Below are positions 27,301 to 37,670 of a DNA stretch of 64,000 bases, one piece after another; the first letter of the stretch is position 1; every line of letters starts with the position of its first letter. The position numbers and the translations under genes are program-made. The notes beneath the pieces are model-generated. The model worked only from the letters and a program-made list of their open reading frames with translations, made no database searches and was not told where the DNA came from. Location of the stretch: positions 4,000,001-4,064,000 of the forward strand of contig OZ245011.1 in assembly GCA_965223665.1 (NCBI GenBank), given 5' to 3'. This DNA comes from Nitrospinaceae bacterium (lineage in GTDB: Bacteria > Nitrospinota > Nitrospinia > Nitrospinales > Nitrospinaceae).

Positions 27301-28017
27301 TTGTCAGGAAACAATGGTTTCTATTTTAAGCAAATGCTATCCGGGGTAGATTTTGGTATTGGAGATGTGTCCGCAAAAAATATGGCAAATTTTATTTACG
27401 TATTAGGGGATACTCATACTAAAGAATGTGTTGTGGTAGATCCAGCTTGGAATGTGGATGATATTTTAAAAGTAGTTGAAGAAGACGGTATGAAATTGAC
27501 GGGTGCTTTAGTGACTCATTACCACCCGGATCATGTAGGAGGCCACATTTTTGGAATGGATATTCTTGGGTTAGCGCAACTAATGGAGAAAACACCTGTT
27601 CCTATTTATGTTAACAAACATGAAGCGGAAGGTCTTCACCAAGTGACAGGGGTACCCTTGTCTGAAATGAAAAAGATGGATAGTGAGGATCGTTTGAAAG
27701 TGGGAGATATAGAAATATCATTTCTCCATACCCCGGGTCACACTCCAGGATCTCAATGTTTTAGAGTTAAAGACTATTTAATAGCTGGAGACACGCTTTT
27801 TTTGCAAGGATGTGGTAGAGTGGATTTGCCAGGTGGTGATAGCGAAGAAATGTACCATACCTTAACCAAACGTTTGTCCAAAATCCAAAATGAGATTATT
27901 CTTTACCCTGGCCACAATTATGGAGGAGGAAATTCTGCAACCATGGGTGAGGTGAGAGATACAAATTCTTATTTGCAGATCAATTCTTTGGAACAATGGC
28001 GAATGTTTATGGGTTAA
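27301..28017 (+). CDS. Metallo-beta-lactamase-fold hydrolase (glyoxalase II-like)
   Basis: THYHPDH, HTPGHTPG, GDTLF..GCGR, YPGH. Confidence 0.9.
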   Translation: MSGNNGFYFKQMLSGVDFGIGDVSAKNMANFIYVLGDTHTKECVVVDPAWNVDDILKVVEEDGMKLTGALVTHYHPDHVGGHIFGMDILGLAQLMEKTPVPIYVNKHEAEGLHQVTGVPLSEMKKMDSEDRLKVGDIEISFLHTPGHTPGSQCFRVKDYLIAGDTLFLQGCGRVDLPGGDSEEMYHTLTKRLSKIQNEIILYPGHNYGGGNSATMGEVRDTNSYLQINSLEQWRMFMG

Positions 28018-28088
28018 CATTTGTTTTTTTACTCTGATGAAATATGGGAAAATCTCAGATGGCGTTTGAAAAAAATAAGGAATAAATT

Positions 28089-28760
28089 ATGCGATCTATA
28101 CTTTCAATGTTTGCGAAGTCTCCCTTCAAACCATTAGTCAGTCATATGGATAAGGTGAGGTCTTGTGTAGACCAACTAAAACCACTTTTAGAGGCTCAAA
28201 TTTCTGGTGACCATGAAAAAGTGATAACCCTTTCCGAGCGTATTCATTTATTGGAGCATGAAGCGGATACGATAAAAAATGATATACGGGGTCATTTACC
28301 ACAAAGTATGTTTTTAGCTGTGGATAAAAGAGATTTTATGCACCTGTTATCCGCTCAGGATGATATTGCAGATGCTGTTGAAGATTTAACCGTGATTTTC
28401 AGTATAAAAAAAATAGATACCCCAAGTGCAATAAAAGAACCCTTATTGGATTTAGTCGACCATGTAGCCTTCAGTGCCTATAGTGCTTGTGATCTTATCA
28501 ATGAAATTGATAATTTGTTGGAGGCTTCCTTTGGAGGTGTTGAAGCTGATAAAGTTGAAGCCGGTTGTCAAAAACTAGCCGAATATGAATGGAATGCAGA
28601 TAAAAAACAATTAGTTTTGGCAAAAGTTTTATTTTCCTTAGGTGACTCCATTTCTTGTCCCGATTTGATTCTATGGAATGAAGTCAGTAAAAAACTTGGA
28701 AATGTTGCCGATGAGGCAGAAAAAATTGGCAAAACCTTACGCGTTTTTCTGGCCAAATAA
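28089..28760 (+). CDS. DUF47/TIGR00153 phosphate transport regulator (PhoU-like)
   Basis: SPFKPL..H, LEHEAD.IK, QDDIAD; lies directly upstream of pit. Confidence 0.88.
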   Translation: MRSILSMFAKSPFKPLVSHMDKVRSCVDQLKPLLEAQISGDHEKVITLSERIHLLEHEADTIKNDIRGHLPQSMFLAVDKRDFMHLLSAQDDIADAVEDLTVIFSIKKIDTPSAIKEPLLDLVDHVAFSAYSACDLINEIDNLLEASFGGVEADKVEAGCQKLAEYEWNADKKQLVLAKVLFSLGDSISCPDLILWNEVSKKLGNVADEAEKIGKTLRVFLAK

Positions 28761-28812
28761 TCTTTCCCTTTAAAAAGCTATATTGAATTGATCATTACTC
28801 AGGAGTGATAAG

Positions 28813-30063
28813 TTGGACATAAATAGTATTCTTCTGTTTCTAGCTATTCTAGCGTGCGTATATATGGCATGTAATATTGGGGCGAATGATGTTGCAAATG
28901 CTATGGGCACAAGTGTAGGCTCGAAGACTCTTACATTTAGACAAGCGGTTATGGTTGCAGCCATTGCTGAATTTGTCGGAGCAGTCATGGTAGGGGGCCA
29001 TGTTTCTGATACGGTTCGAAAAGGAATGGTAGAGCCTCAAATATTTGCAGATGAACCCATGCATCTTGTGTATGGAATGATTGGAGCCTTAATTGCTTCT
29101 TCAATTTGGCTTCATATAGCAAGCTATTTAGGTTGGCCTGTTTCTACTACTCATTCTATTGTTGGCGCAATTGTGGGATTTGGTGCTATTGCCGGAGGAA
29201 TGGATGCAGTTAATTGGAATAAAGTAGGATCTGTAGTCATGAGTTGGGTTGTATCGCCGGTAATGGGAGGGGCGGTATCATTTACTTTATTTCGGTTTAT
29301 TTCAAATAATATATTAGATAAGAGAGATCCTATAAGTCAGGCAAAAAAGTGGGTCCCGTTTTTAGTGTTTTTGGTATTTGTGATTTTGGCAAATTCAATG
29401 GTTTACAAGGGCCTTAAAAACTTGAAGTTGGATATGGATTTGACACAATCAATTCAAATTAGTGTGATTGTGGGTTTGATAGCTTTTGCGGTAGCTAAGC
29501 TTTTGGTTCAAAGGGTTAAACCAGTTGCTCTTGATAATATTACAGAGCAGTTTGCAAAAACCGAGCATATTTTTAAGTTTTTACAAGTCTTAACAGCATT
29601 TTATGTTGCATTTGCTCATGGTGCTAATGATGTGGCAAATGCTGTAGGTCCTTTAGCCGCTGTAGCTGCTATTTTAAAGGATGGAACAGTCCATATGAAA
29701 GTGGCCATGCCCTTATGGATTTTAGCTCTTGGAGGTAGTTGTATCGTTATTGGTTTGTTAATTTGGGGAGCGAGGGTTATGGAAACTGTAGGAAAAAAAA
29801 TTACGGAAATTACTCCCTCGCGTGGTTTTTCCGCCGAGTTCGCTGCAGCAACAGTTGTTTTAGTTTGTTCAAAAATGGGGCTTCCCATTTCTACTACTCA
29901 TACCCTTGTTGGTTCCGTTATAGGTGTGGGTTTTGCGCGAGGACTTGCCAGCCTTAATTTAAGTATTGTTACTCGCATTGTTGTTTCTTGGTTTGCAACA
30001 GTACCTTTTACAGCAATTTTAGCTATGATACTTTACAAAGGATTTATCATTATTCTAGGATAA
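28813..30063 (+). CDS. pit: Inorganic phosphate transporter (PiT family)
   Basis: Two GANDVANA motifs and P(V/I)STTH motifs. Confidence 0.95.
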   Translation: MDINSILLFLAILACVYMACNIGANDVANAMGTSVGSKTLTFRQAVMVAAIAEFVGAVMVGGHVSDTVRKGMVEPQIFADEPMHLVYGMIGALIASSIWLHIASYLGWPVSTTHSIVGAIVGFGAIAGGMDAVNWNKVGSVVMSWVVSPVMGGAVSFTLFRFISNNILDKRDPISQAKKWVPFLVFLVFVILANSMVYKGLKNLKLDMDLTQSIQISVIVGLIAFAVAKLLVQRVKPVALDNITEQFAKTEHIFKFLQVLTAFYVAFAHGANDVANAVGPLAAVAAILKDGTVHMKVAMPLWILALGGSCIVIGLLIWGARVMETVGKKITEITPSRGFSAEFAAATVVLVCSKMGLPISTTHTLVGSVIGVGFARGLASLNLSIVTRIVVSWFATVPFTAILAMILYKGFIIILG

Positions 30064-30106
30064 AGAGTGATTTAAAAACAATACACAGAGTTTCAATAAA
30101 ATACTT

Positions 30107-30898
30107 ATGAAAGTTCTGGGACAAGTAAGAAAAATGACGCATGAAGCGTCGGATCCAATCCAATATTATCTTAGCTTAGATGACAAACCTACACCCTTAA
30201 ATCCTGCCTTAGGTAAGGAACTAAAAATTCAGTTTAAAAATAAGATTACTTGTGTTGCTTGTGGAAGAAGCATAAAAAAGACATATGATGAAGGATATTG
30301 TTTTCCCTGCGCCCGCGATTTACCTGAGAATTCTATGTGCTCGGTCCGTCCTGAAAAATGTGAGCACGAGCATGGAAATGAACAAGATCAAGAGTTTTTC
30401 AAAAATTATTGTAATGTTGAGCATATAGTCTATCTGTCACTAACCTCGGGAGTAAAAGTAGGAGTGACAAGGCATTGGAATGTTCCCTCTCGCTGGATTG
30501 ATCAGGGGGCGGTGCAGGCTCTAATTATAGCTAAGACCCCACAGAGAAAATTAGCAGGTCTCATTGAAGTTGCTCTTGCTCAAAAGATGGCAGATAAGAC
30601 CAATTGGCGAAAAATGTTAAAAGGGGAGGTGGATGAAGTAGATCTTATTGAAAAACGAAATGAAGTATTTTCCTGGTTCCCGAAGAATCTCAAAAATTAT
30701 TCTATTGAAAATGAATCAATAAAAAGCTTTCATTACCCCGTCCAGCAATTTCCTCAAAAGGTGGTAAGCCATAACCTGGATAAAGAACCTGAGTTAACGG
30801 ATCGGTTAGTTGGAATAAAGGGGCAATATATAATTTTTCAGAACCGAGTGATTAACCTGCGCAAATATACAGGATATCACCTCGAATTTTCCTTTTAG
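30107..30898 (+). CDS. DUF2797 domain protein
   Basis: CVACG..GYCFPC, KVGVTR, RWIDQGA, DKTNWRKML, GIKGQY. Confidence 0.9.
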   Translation: MKVLGQVRKMTHEASDPIQYYLSLDDKPTPLNPALGKELKIQFKNKITCVACGRSIKKTYDEGYCFPCARDLPENSMCSVRPEKCEHEHGNEQDQEFFKNYCNVEHIVYLSLTSGVKVGVTRHWNVPSRWIDQGAVQALIIAKTPQRKLAGLIEVALAQKMADKTNWRKMLKGEVDEVDLIEKRNEVFSWFPKNLKNYSIENESIKSFHYPVQQFPQKVVSHNLDKEPELTDRLVGIKGQYIIFQNRVINLRKYTGYHLEFSF

Positions 30899-30907
30899 CA
30901 ATTCCAA

Positions 30908-31801
30908 TTATGCAGCTTGTTTTATGACTTCTCCGGTGAGAAATCCTTCAGGATTTTTTGTATTTCCATTTTGTAGTTGTACAACTTTTATTTGTGTCGC
31001 TAACCCAAGTTTTTTAAGCAGAGAAATAAACATCCAGGTTAGATCAATTTCCCAGGGGCGCAGGCCATGCCGGGCAGATTGTGGAAATGCATGATGGTTA
31101 TTGTGCCAGCCTTCACCAAATGCAATAAGGCCTACCCACCAGCAGTTGGTGGATAAATCCTTATCTAGCTTGAAATTACGGTAACCAAACATATGAGCCG
31201 CACTATTGACAAACCAGGTTTGGTGGTAAACTAAAACAAGTCTGACAAAGATTCCCCAGACAACCCAAGGTATTCCGCCTATGGCAAATAATAGTAATCC
31301 CAAAGCCACTTGGATTTTAATAAAGTGGTTATCTAAAAATTGATAAAATTTGTCGTCGCAGATGTCTTTGGAGTAAGTTCTTATTTTCTCTGGAGCGTCC
31401 CATTCATCGTTCCAATAGAGCATCCACCCTACATGGGACCACCAAAATCCTTTGTTGGCATTATGTGGGTCTTTTGGTGTGTCCGAGTTTGAATGGTGTA
31501 ATCTATGTTGAGCTACCCACTTAATAGGACCATTTTCGCACGCTAGTGAACCAATAAATACCAAGGTATAAGCTACCCATTTGGGGACTTCAAGGCTACG
31601 GTGAGTTAAATAGCGATGAAATCCTAAACAAATTCCCAATGAGGCGGTCATCCAATTCAGGACAAGCATTACTGCCACGGCGCTCCAGGAAAAAGCAAAA
31701 GGAAAGAAAGCCAAAAGAGCCATTAAATGTAAAAATATAAAAAAAGAGGCGGTAACGGTAGCAAATTTATTATTAGGTTTAATTGTCCTGATTTCTGCCA
31801 T
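30908..31801 (-). CDS. Delta-9-type membrane fatty acid desaturase
   Basis: His boxes HRYLTH, HRLHH and GEGWHNNHH. Confidence 0.93.
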   Translation of the reverse strand: MAEIRTIKPNNKFATVTASFFIFLHLMALLAFFPFAFSWSAVAVMLVLNWMTASLGICLGFHRYLTHRSLEVPKWVAYTLVFIGSLACENGPIKWVAQHRLHHSNSDTPKDPHNANKGFWWSHVGWMLYWNDEWDAPEKIRTYSKDICDDKFYQFLDNHFIKIQVALGLLLFAIGGIPWVVWGIFVRLVLVYHQTWFVNSAAHMFGYRNFKLDKDLSTNCWWVGLIAFGEGWHNNHHAFPQSARHGLRPWEIDLTWMFISLLKKLGLATQIKVVQLQNGNTKNPEGFLTGEVIKQAA

Positions 31802-31888
31802 GAGACACCTTTATAAACGAGTAATTATTTTATGGGTAAAAAAATGAAACGAGTCTATAACTATAGAGTGTTTTAATACTTTATTAGG

Positions 31889-31929
31889 ATAATAGAGAAA
31901 CGTTGGATTTAATGTAAAAGTTATGTAAA
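31889..31929 (-). promoter_or_regulatory. OmpR-family tandem direct repeat at the -35 position of the desaturase promoter
   Basis: Minus strand TTTACAT-N4-TTTACAT (11-bp period), then TATTAT 18 nt downstream of the proximal TTTACA. Confidence 0.55.
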
Positions 31930-32020
31930 TTGGCTAAATCGGGTATTTGTTTTATTTACCGATAATTTAAGCATTTTGTGGTGTAATAAGAGGAGGAAAT
32001 TGGAAATCTAGGAGTATTGG

Positions 32021-32995
32021 ATGAATAAATTAAAGACTTTGTTTCACCCAATTTTCGTATTTGTGGGGGTTCAAATTGCTTGGATTGTTTTAATGGCCGT
32101 TTGGATCAATTGGTATTTAAAAAACCGCCAGGAATTAAAAGAATTCGCTCAAAAATTTCAGCCGGACTTATTCTCTCCCGATCTGAATTGGGTCGTTTTG
32201 CTGGAGGGGTGTGTTTTGATGATGATTATATTGGCCGGCGTTTTGTTGATATTTGTTTTTTGGAATAAACAAGCTAGATTAAACCGAATGCAAAGTAACT
32301 TTGTTTCTAGCGTTTCTCATGAGTTGAAATCTCCTTTAGCTTCTATCCAGCTTTATTTAGAAACAATGAAATATCAAAAATTGTCACCAGAGGAAACCAA
32401 GGATTTTGTAGAAACCATGCTTATGGATACGGAAAGATTATCTAACCTAATTGATAATATTCTTGAAGCCAGTAGTTCGGAACCTAAAAGTATGCAATTA
32501 CAGATTAAATCTGTTCCAATCAAACCATTTTTGGAAGAGGTCATTGAAAGTTTTCAACGCCAATTTCAAGAAAAGAATTTTAAGACAAAGTTGGATTTTA
32601 TGGATACCCCAACCCTTCAAATGGATAAACGAGCGATTCGCATGGTTTTTAATAATTTAATTAGTAATGCCTTGAGATATTCTCCCTCAGGTTCTCAATT
32701 TGATGTTCGAATAAAAAATCGAAAAAAGTACTGTGATATCGAATTTGTTGATTCGGGTTTTGGGTTAAGTGATAAGGATCAAAAAAAAGTTTTTCGAAAG
32801 TTTTATAGAGTACAAAATCGGGAAACTCAAAATATTGAGGGTGCTGGTTTAGGTTTGTTCATTTCAAAAGAGATCATAAAAAATCACAAGGGAAAAATAA
32901 GTGTGACCAGTGCCGGTAGGAATAAGGGGTCTAATTTTAAAGTATCACTTCCTTTAAATGGTGCAGGTGTAGAAAAGATTATTAATATTACCTAA
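32021..32995 (+). CDS. Two-component sensor histidine kinase (2 TM, short loop, HisKA plus HATPase)
   Basis: SHELKSPL, NLISNALRYS, DSGFG, GAGLGL. Confidence 0.93.
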   Translation: MNKLKTLFHPIFVFVGVQIAWIVLMAVWINWYLKNRQELKEFAQKFQPDLFSPDLNWVVLLEGCVLMMIILAGVLLIFVFWNKQARLNRMQSNFVSSVSHELKSPLASIQLYLETMKYQKLSPEETKDFVETMLMDTERLSNLIDNILEASSSEPKSMQLQIKSVPIKPFLEEVIESFQRQFQEKNFKTKLDFMDTPTLQMDKRAIRMVFNNLISNALRYSPSGSQFDVRIKNRKKYCDIEFVDSGFGLSDKDQKKVFRKFYRVQNRETQNIEGAGLGLFISKEIIKNHKGKISVTSAGRNKGSNFKVSLPLNGAGVEKIINIT

Positions 32996-33011
32996 TTATA
33001 AAAGTTTATTA

Positions 33012-33728
33012 ATGACTGAAAAATATCGAATTTTACTGGTTGAAGATGAAAAAAATCTTGCGAAGGGATTGACTTTTAATTTGCAACGGGAAGGTTATGA
33101 AGTTTCGGTTGCTGAAGATGGCGCTCGAGCTTTAGAGTTTTTGGAAGAGAGTAATTTTGACATGATGATTTTAGATTTAATGCTCCCCAAGGTAAGCGGC
33201 ATGGAAGTAATTAAAGATATCAGAAAAAACAATTCCCGATTTCCAATTCTAATGTTAACGGCAAAATCTAATGATGAGGACAGAACCCAAGGTTTAGAGG
33301 CAGGTGCTGATGACTATTTGACGAAGCCATTTCATTTACCGGAATTGCTTCTAAGAATAAAAGGAATCCTCAGGAGAAAAGAATGGTATCAGGAGCCCAT
33401 TACGAATAAAGAAAAATTTCGCTTTGGAGATTGTTGGATTGATTTTGAAACAGGAAAAGCAAAGGGTTGTGATAGTGAGTTTTTTTTGACGTCCAAAGAA
33501 GAAATGGTAATGAATTTATTGATATCGAATCGAGGAAAGGTTGTCACTCGGGAAGACCTTTTAGAAAAGGTGTGGGGGTATAGCCCTGATATGGAAACTC
33601 GGACAGTTGATAATTTTATAGCCCGTTTGAGAAAATATTTTGAAAGAAAGCCGCAAAAACCCAAGTATATTTTAACCTTACGAGAAAAGGGGTATCAATT
33701 TGTAGACCCAGATAACAAGATTAAATAA
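33012..33728 (+). CDS. OmpR-family response regulator
   Basis: LLVEDE, LDLMLP, GADDYLTKPF, winged helix TRTVDNFIARLRK. Confidence 0.95.
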   Translation: MTEKYRILLVEDEKNLAKGLTFNLQREGYEVSVAEDGARALEFLEESNFDMMILDLMLPKVSGMEVIKDIRKNNSRFPILMLTAKSNDEDRTQGLEAGADDYLTKPFHLPELLLRIKGILRRKEWYQEPITNKEKFRFGDCWIDFETGKAKGCDSEFFLTSKEEMVMNLLISNRGKVVTREDLLEKVWGYSPDMETRTVDNFIARLRKYFERKPQKPKYILTLREKGYQFVDPDNKIK

Positions 33729-33835
33729 TAATGAGGAGAAATAATTTTATTAATTGCTAGAAAAATCCGAGTCGTTTGAAATATTCTGATCTGCAAGTTT
33801 TTATTCGGATTTTAATACAGGAGCAAGTGTATCGA

Positions 33836-34045
33836 ATGGAACAAAAAATTGAAAAGCTAATTGTTGCTTTAATGGTTTTAATAGATAAAAATGGTGGCGA
33901 GTATAAACTAGATGCAAAAGTATATAAAGAAATGTTTGCTAAAAGACATAAGAAAGGCATCCATGTTCAGGAAATTGGTGATGAGGCCATTGTTCTGAAA
34001 TTAGGTGATATGACTATGAGTCCTGACGATGCGATGATGAATTAA
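33836..34045 (+). CDS. Small hypothetical protein
   Basis: ATG after CAGGAG; 69 aa; ends 7 nt before gdhA. Confidence 0.6.
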   Translation: MEQKIEKLIVALMVLIDKNGGEYKLDAKVYKEMFAKRHKKGIHVQEIGDEAIVLKLGDMTMSPDDAMMN

Positions 34046-34052
34046 TTTTTAA

Positions 34053-35429
34053 ATGGAGCTAAGAGTTTTGAATACATCCAAAGTCCAACAAAACCAAATT
34101 GACTTAAGTGACTTTATGGAGGGCTTGATCCGTCGAAATCCAGGAGAGCAGGAATTTCACCAAGCGGTGCATGAAGTAGCAAAAAGTGTAGTCCCCTTTA
34201 TCAATGAAAATCCTAAATATATACGCTCACGTATTTTAGAAAGAATGACTGAGCCGGATCGCCTGATAATTTTTCGTGTGTGCTGGGAAGATGATGAAGG
34301 AAATATTCGTGTGAATCGTGGATATCGTGTTCAGTTTAATAATGCTATTGGTCCCTATAAAGGAGGATTAAGGTTTCATCCCTCGGTCAATTTAAGTATC
34401 CTAAAATTTTTAGGGTTTGAACAAACTTTTAAGAATAGCCTAACCACATTGCCAATGGGTGCGGGGAAGGGAGGAGCAGACTTTAATCCAAAAGGAAAAT
34501 CGGAAAGAGAAGTTATGCGGTTCTGCCAAGCTTACATGACAGAACTCAGTAAATATATAGGTGAAAACATTGATGTTCCTGCAGGAGACATTGGGGTGGG
34601 TACGCGGGAAATTAGTTTTATGTTTGGACAATATAAACATTTGTGTAGTGAGTTTATTGGTGTGTTAACTGGCAAAGCATTGGAATTTGGCGGAAGCCAT
34701 ATTCGAAAAGAAGCAACGGGTTATGGTTGTGCCTATTTTATGGAAGAAATGTTGAAAAGAAAAGGTGATTCTGTTGAAGGCAAATCATGTGTGATCTCTG
34801 GTTCAGGTAATGTGGCTATGTACACGGCGGAGAAACTTTTGAGGCTTGGAGCCAAAGTAATTACAATGTCCGATTCTTCTGGCTTTGTTTATGATGCGGA
34901 TGGGCTTAATGAAGAAAAATTAGCCTTCATTATCGAATTAAAAACTTTTCGACGAGGTCGAATTAAAGAATATGCAGAAAAATTTAAATGCGATTATTAT
35001 CCTGATCATGAGCCCTGGGGTGTAGCTTGTGATCTAGCTTTTCCATGTGCAACACAAAATGAAATTACGGTTCAAAAAGCAAAAGCGTTAATAAAGGGGG
35101 GCTGTAAGGCTGTTGCTGAGGGGGCAAATATGCCAACAGAAAATGATGCCATCCAAATTTTCCAGGACGCCAAAATCCTTTTTGCCCCAGGTAAAGCCTC
35201 TAACGCAGGAGGGGTCGCTGTTTCAGGTTTAGAAATGACGCAAAATAGTATTCGCATGGCATGGACTGAGGAAGAATTGGACAAGCGCCTTAGAGAAATC
35301 ATTCAAAAAATTCACCAACAGTGCGTAAATTTTGGGACCATAGGTGATTTTGTGAACTATGTGGATGGCGCGAACTTAGCCGGTTTTAAAAAAGTTGCAG
35401 ATGCCATGCTTGCTTATGGAGTTATTTAA
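34053..35429 (+). CDS. gdhA: NADP-specific glutamate dehydrogenase
   Basis: GPYKGGLRFHPSV, GKGGADF, DVPAGDIGVG, EATGYG, SGSGNVA, EGANMP. Confidence 0.96.
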   Translation: MELRVLNTSKVQQNQIDLSDFMEGLIRRNPGEQEFHQAVHEVAKSVVPFINENPKYIRSRILERMTEPDRLIIFRVCWEDDEGNIRVNRGYRVQFNNAIGPYKGGLRFHPSVNLSILKFLGFEQTFKNSLTTLPMGAGKGGADFNPKGKSEREVMRFCQAYMTELSKYIGENIDVPAGDIGVGTREISFMFGQYKHLCSEFIGVLTGKALEFGGSHIRKEATGYGCAYFMEEMLKRKGDSVEGKSCVISGSGNVAMYTAEKLLRLGAKVITMSDSSGFVYDADGLNEEKLAFIIELKTFRRGRIKEYAEKFKCDYYPDHEPWGVACDLAFPCATQNEITVQKAKALIKGGCKAVAEGANMPTENDAIQIFQDAKILFAPGKASNAGGVAVSGLEMTQNSIRMAWTEEELDKRLREIIQKIHQQCVNFGTIGDFVNYVDGANLAGFKKVADAMLAYGVI

Positions 35430-35456
35430 TTTTACAATAGCTTCATTTGCTCGCCA

Positions 35457-36845
35457 ATGAACTTTAAATCTGTCCTTATTTTTATATACATTTTATTTTC
35501 GGCTCCTCTGTCTGCCTTTGGGAATGATTTTCCAAAGTTTAATCAATCGCGATATTTAGAAGATTATTCCTACCTAAAAGATCCTTCTCGGCGAACTCAG
35601 TTTTATGATCCTATTAAATTCATACCATTGAATGAAGAGGGAGATATTTTTATCTCCTTTGGCGGTGAAACAAGACAGCACTATGAAAATATAAGAAATG
35701 AAAATTGGGGAGCCATCCCAAGAGATAACAATGGGTGGTATTTGCAAAGATACTTGTTCCACAGCGATTTACATATTGGAAAACAGTTTAGAGGATTTTT
35801 CCAAATACAGGCTGGAACTGAGTCGGGGCGTCGAGGTGGACCGCGGGGTGTGGATGAAGACCGTATGGATATTCATCAATTGTTTGTGGATTGGGTCATT
35901 AAATTTCAGGAAAAAATAACTTTAAGAATAGGGCGACAGGAAATAATATTCGGTGCTAGAAGATTTTTAAACTATAGAGAAAGACCTAACCTTAGATTGA
36001 GTCACGATGCGATCCAATTATTTTGGAATCCGGGTAATCTAAATGTTACGGGTTTTTTAGGTAGGCCCGTTCGAATAAATCGACAATTTTTTGATAATAG
36101 TTCTACCAATGCATTCACATTTTGGGGGATTTATACTGTCGTTGCCGTTTCCTCAACCTTTCCACAAAATGTTGACTTTTATTATATAGGATTGAATAGA
36201 GAACAAGCCGTTTTTGATCAAGGAAGGGCAAATGAACTTCGACAAACAATAGGTACTCGGATTTGGGGTCGCTGGGGCTCGTGGGATTATGATTTTGAAT
36301 TAGTGTATCAATTTGGATCCTTTGGCAATGGGAATATTAGTGCCTGGGCCGTGGTTTCGGATACGGGTTATACTCTTCAATTGGAGGGCGTTTCCAAAAT
36401 AAGATTTAGTTTGCGAGCGGACGCATATAGCGGTGATGACGATCCGAACGATGCTGACCTAAATGCATTTAATCCGTTTTTTCCAAAGGGAAAACATATT
36501 AGCCAATTATCCGCGGCAGGATTGATCAATCAGTATAATCTGCACCCGCGGACAACTGTTGTTTTTAATCAGACTTGGTCTGCAACGGCAAGTGTATTAT
36601 TTATTTGGAGACAAAATACGCGTGACGGATTGTATTCTATTGCAAATGGGTTATTGCGAACAGGTCAATTAAGTAGATCAAGTTTTGTGGGAACGCAACA
36701 TGAAGTTGAAGTGAAGTGGACTATTAATCGATATTTAGATATTAAGGGAATTTTTAATTTTTTTGATGCTAGTTCTTTTTTAAAGGAAACCCCACCAGGA
36801 AACGATATTACTTATTTGGGAACCATGTTGACTTTCCGTTTTTAA
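35457..36845 (+). CDS. Alginate export (AlgE-like) outer-membrane beta-barrel
   Basis: Signal peptide, EDYSYL, RIGRQE..FG, SGDDDP..FNP.FPKG, C-terminal F. Confidence 0.85.
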   Translation: MNFKSVLIFIYILFSAPLSAFGNDFPKFNQSRYLEDYSYLKDPSRRTQFYDPIKFIPLNEEGDIFISFGGETRQHYENIRNENWGAIPRDNNGWYLQRYLFHSDLHIGKQFRGFFQIQAGTESGRRGGPRGVDEDRMDIHQLFVDWVIKFQEKITLRIGRQEIIFGARRFLNYRERPNLRLSHDAIQLFWNPGNLNVTGFLGRPVRINRQFFDNSSTNAFTFWGIYTVVAVSSTFPQNVDFYYIGLNREQAVFDQGRANELRQTIGTRIWGRWGSWDYDFELVYQFGSFGNGNISAWAVVSDTGYTLQLEGVSKIRFSLRADAYSGDDDPNDADLNAFNPFFPKGKHISQLSAAGLINQYNLHPRTTVVFNQTWSATASVLFIWRQNTRDGLYSIANGLLRTGQLSRSSFVGTQHEVEVKWTINRYLDIKGIFNFFDASSFLKETPPGNDITYLGTMLTFRF

Positions 36846-36881
36846 AACTAAATCTCGGAATGTATTTCAGGTAGAATTTAT

Positions 36882-37226
36882 TTAACCTTTTCTTTCATTT
36901 CCTTTAAATAAAATTATTTTAACTTTTTCTTCAGTAATTAAACCTTCTTGAATAATATCTTCCAGTTTGGGTTTCAACTGATCAATTTTTTCTTTTGTGT
37001 CTGCTACTTCCACCACGATTGGAAGATCGGTCGATAGCCGCAAAATTGATGTGGTGTGATAATGGCTGCTTTTTCCAAAGCCATCAATGCCCCTTAAAAC
37101 AGTGGCCCCTGCTAATCCCTCTTTCTTGAAAAACTCCATTAAAAATTTATAAAGATGTTTGCCTTCATGCATGGCTGATTCACCAATAAATATTCTTAAC
37201 AATATCGCCTCAGATTCCTTTTTCAT
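36882..37226 (-). CDS. DUF190 (PII-like) protein
   Basis: LRIFIGE, AGATVLRGIDGFG, LSTDLPIVVE. ATG follows GAGG. Confidence 0.9.
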   Translation of the reverse strand: MKKESEAILLRIFIGESAMHEGKHLYKFLMEFFKKEGLAGATVLRGIDGFGKSSHYHTTSILRLSTDLPIVVEVADTKEKIDQLKPKLEDIIQEGLITEEKVKIILFKGNERKG

Positions 37227-37236
37227 GTCAATAACC

Positions 37237-37608
37237 TCAAGCTGAAAGAGCAATGATTTTTCCAAAATAAATGGCTAATAGAGTCAGTAAAATGGACCCT
37301 ATAATATTAATTCCAAATAAAAATAATTCTTGTTGTTCAAAAAGTTTGAAGGATTCGTAACTAAAGGTAGACATTGTAGTGAAGGATCCTAATACACCGA
37401 TTGTGATAAAAATTCGAGTTTCCTCATTAAACAATCCTTTGAATTCTGAAAGATACATAACTATGCTTAATAGCAGACTTCCAATGAAATTAACCCCTAA
37501 AGTTCCTAAGGGAAATGTGAGAAATCCACTTTGGATCCATCCGCTTAAATAATACCGCATTATTGCACCGAGAAAGCCACCTGTGCCCACCAGGACCCAA
37601 GGAATCAT
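37237..37608 (-). CDS. crcB: Fluoride efflux channel Fluc/CrcB
   Basis: GGFLGA..RY, PLGTL.VN..GS, G.LGSFTTMSTF. Confidence 0.95.
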   Translation of the reverse strand: MIPWVLVGTGGFLGAIMRYYLSGWIQSGFLTFPLGTLGVNFIGSLLLSIVMYLSEFKGLFNEETRIFITIGVLGSFTTMSTFSYESFKLFEQQELFLFGINIIGSILLTLLAIYFGKIIALSA

Positions 37609-37670
37609 TGTTTGCCTCCTGAGGTTGAATGTTTAATCTTAGAAATAAAATGAAGTTGAGTTAAAATATT

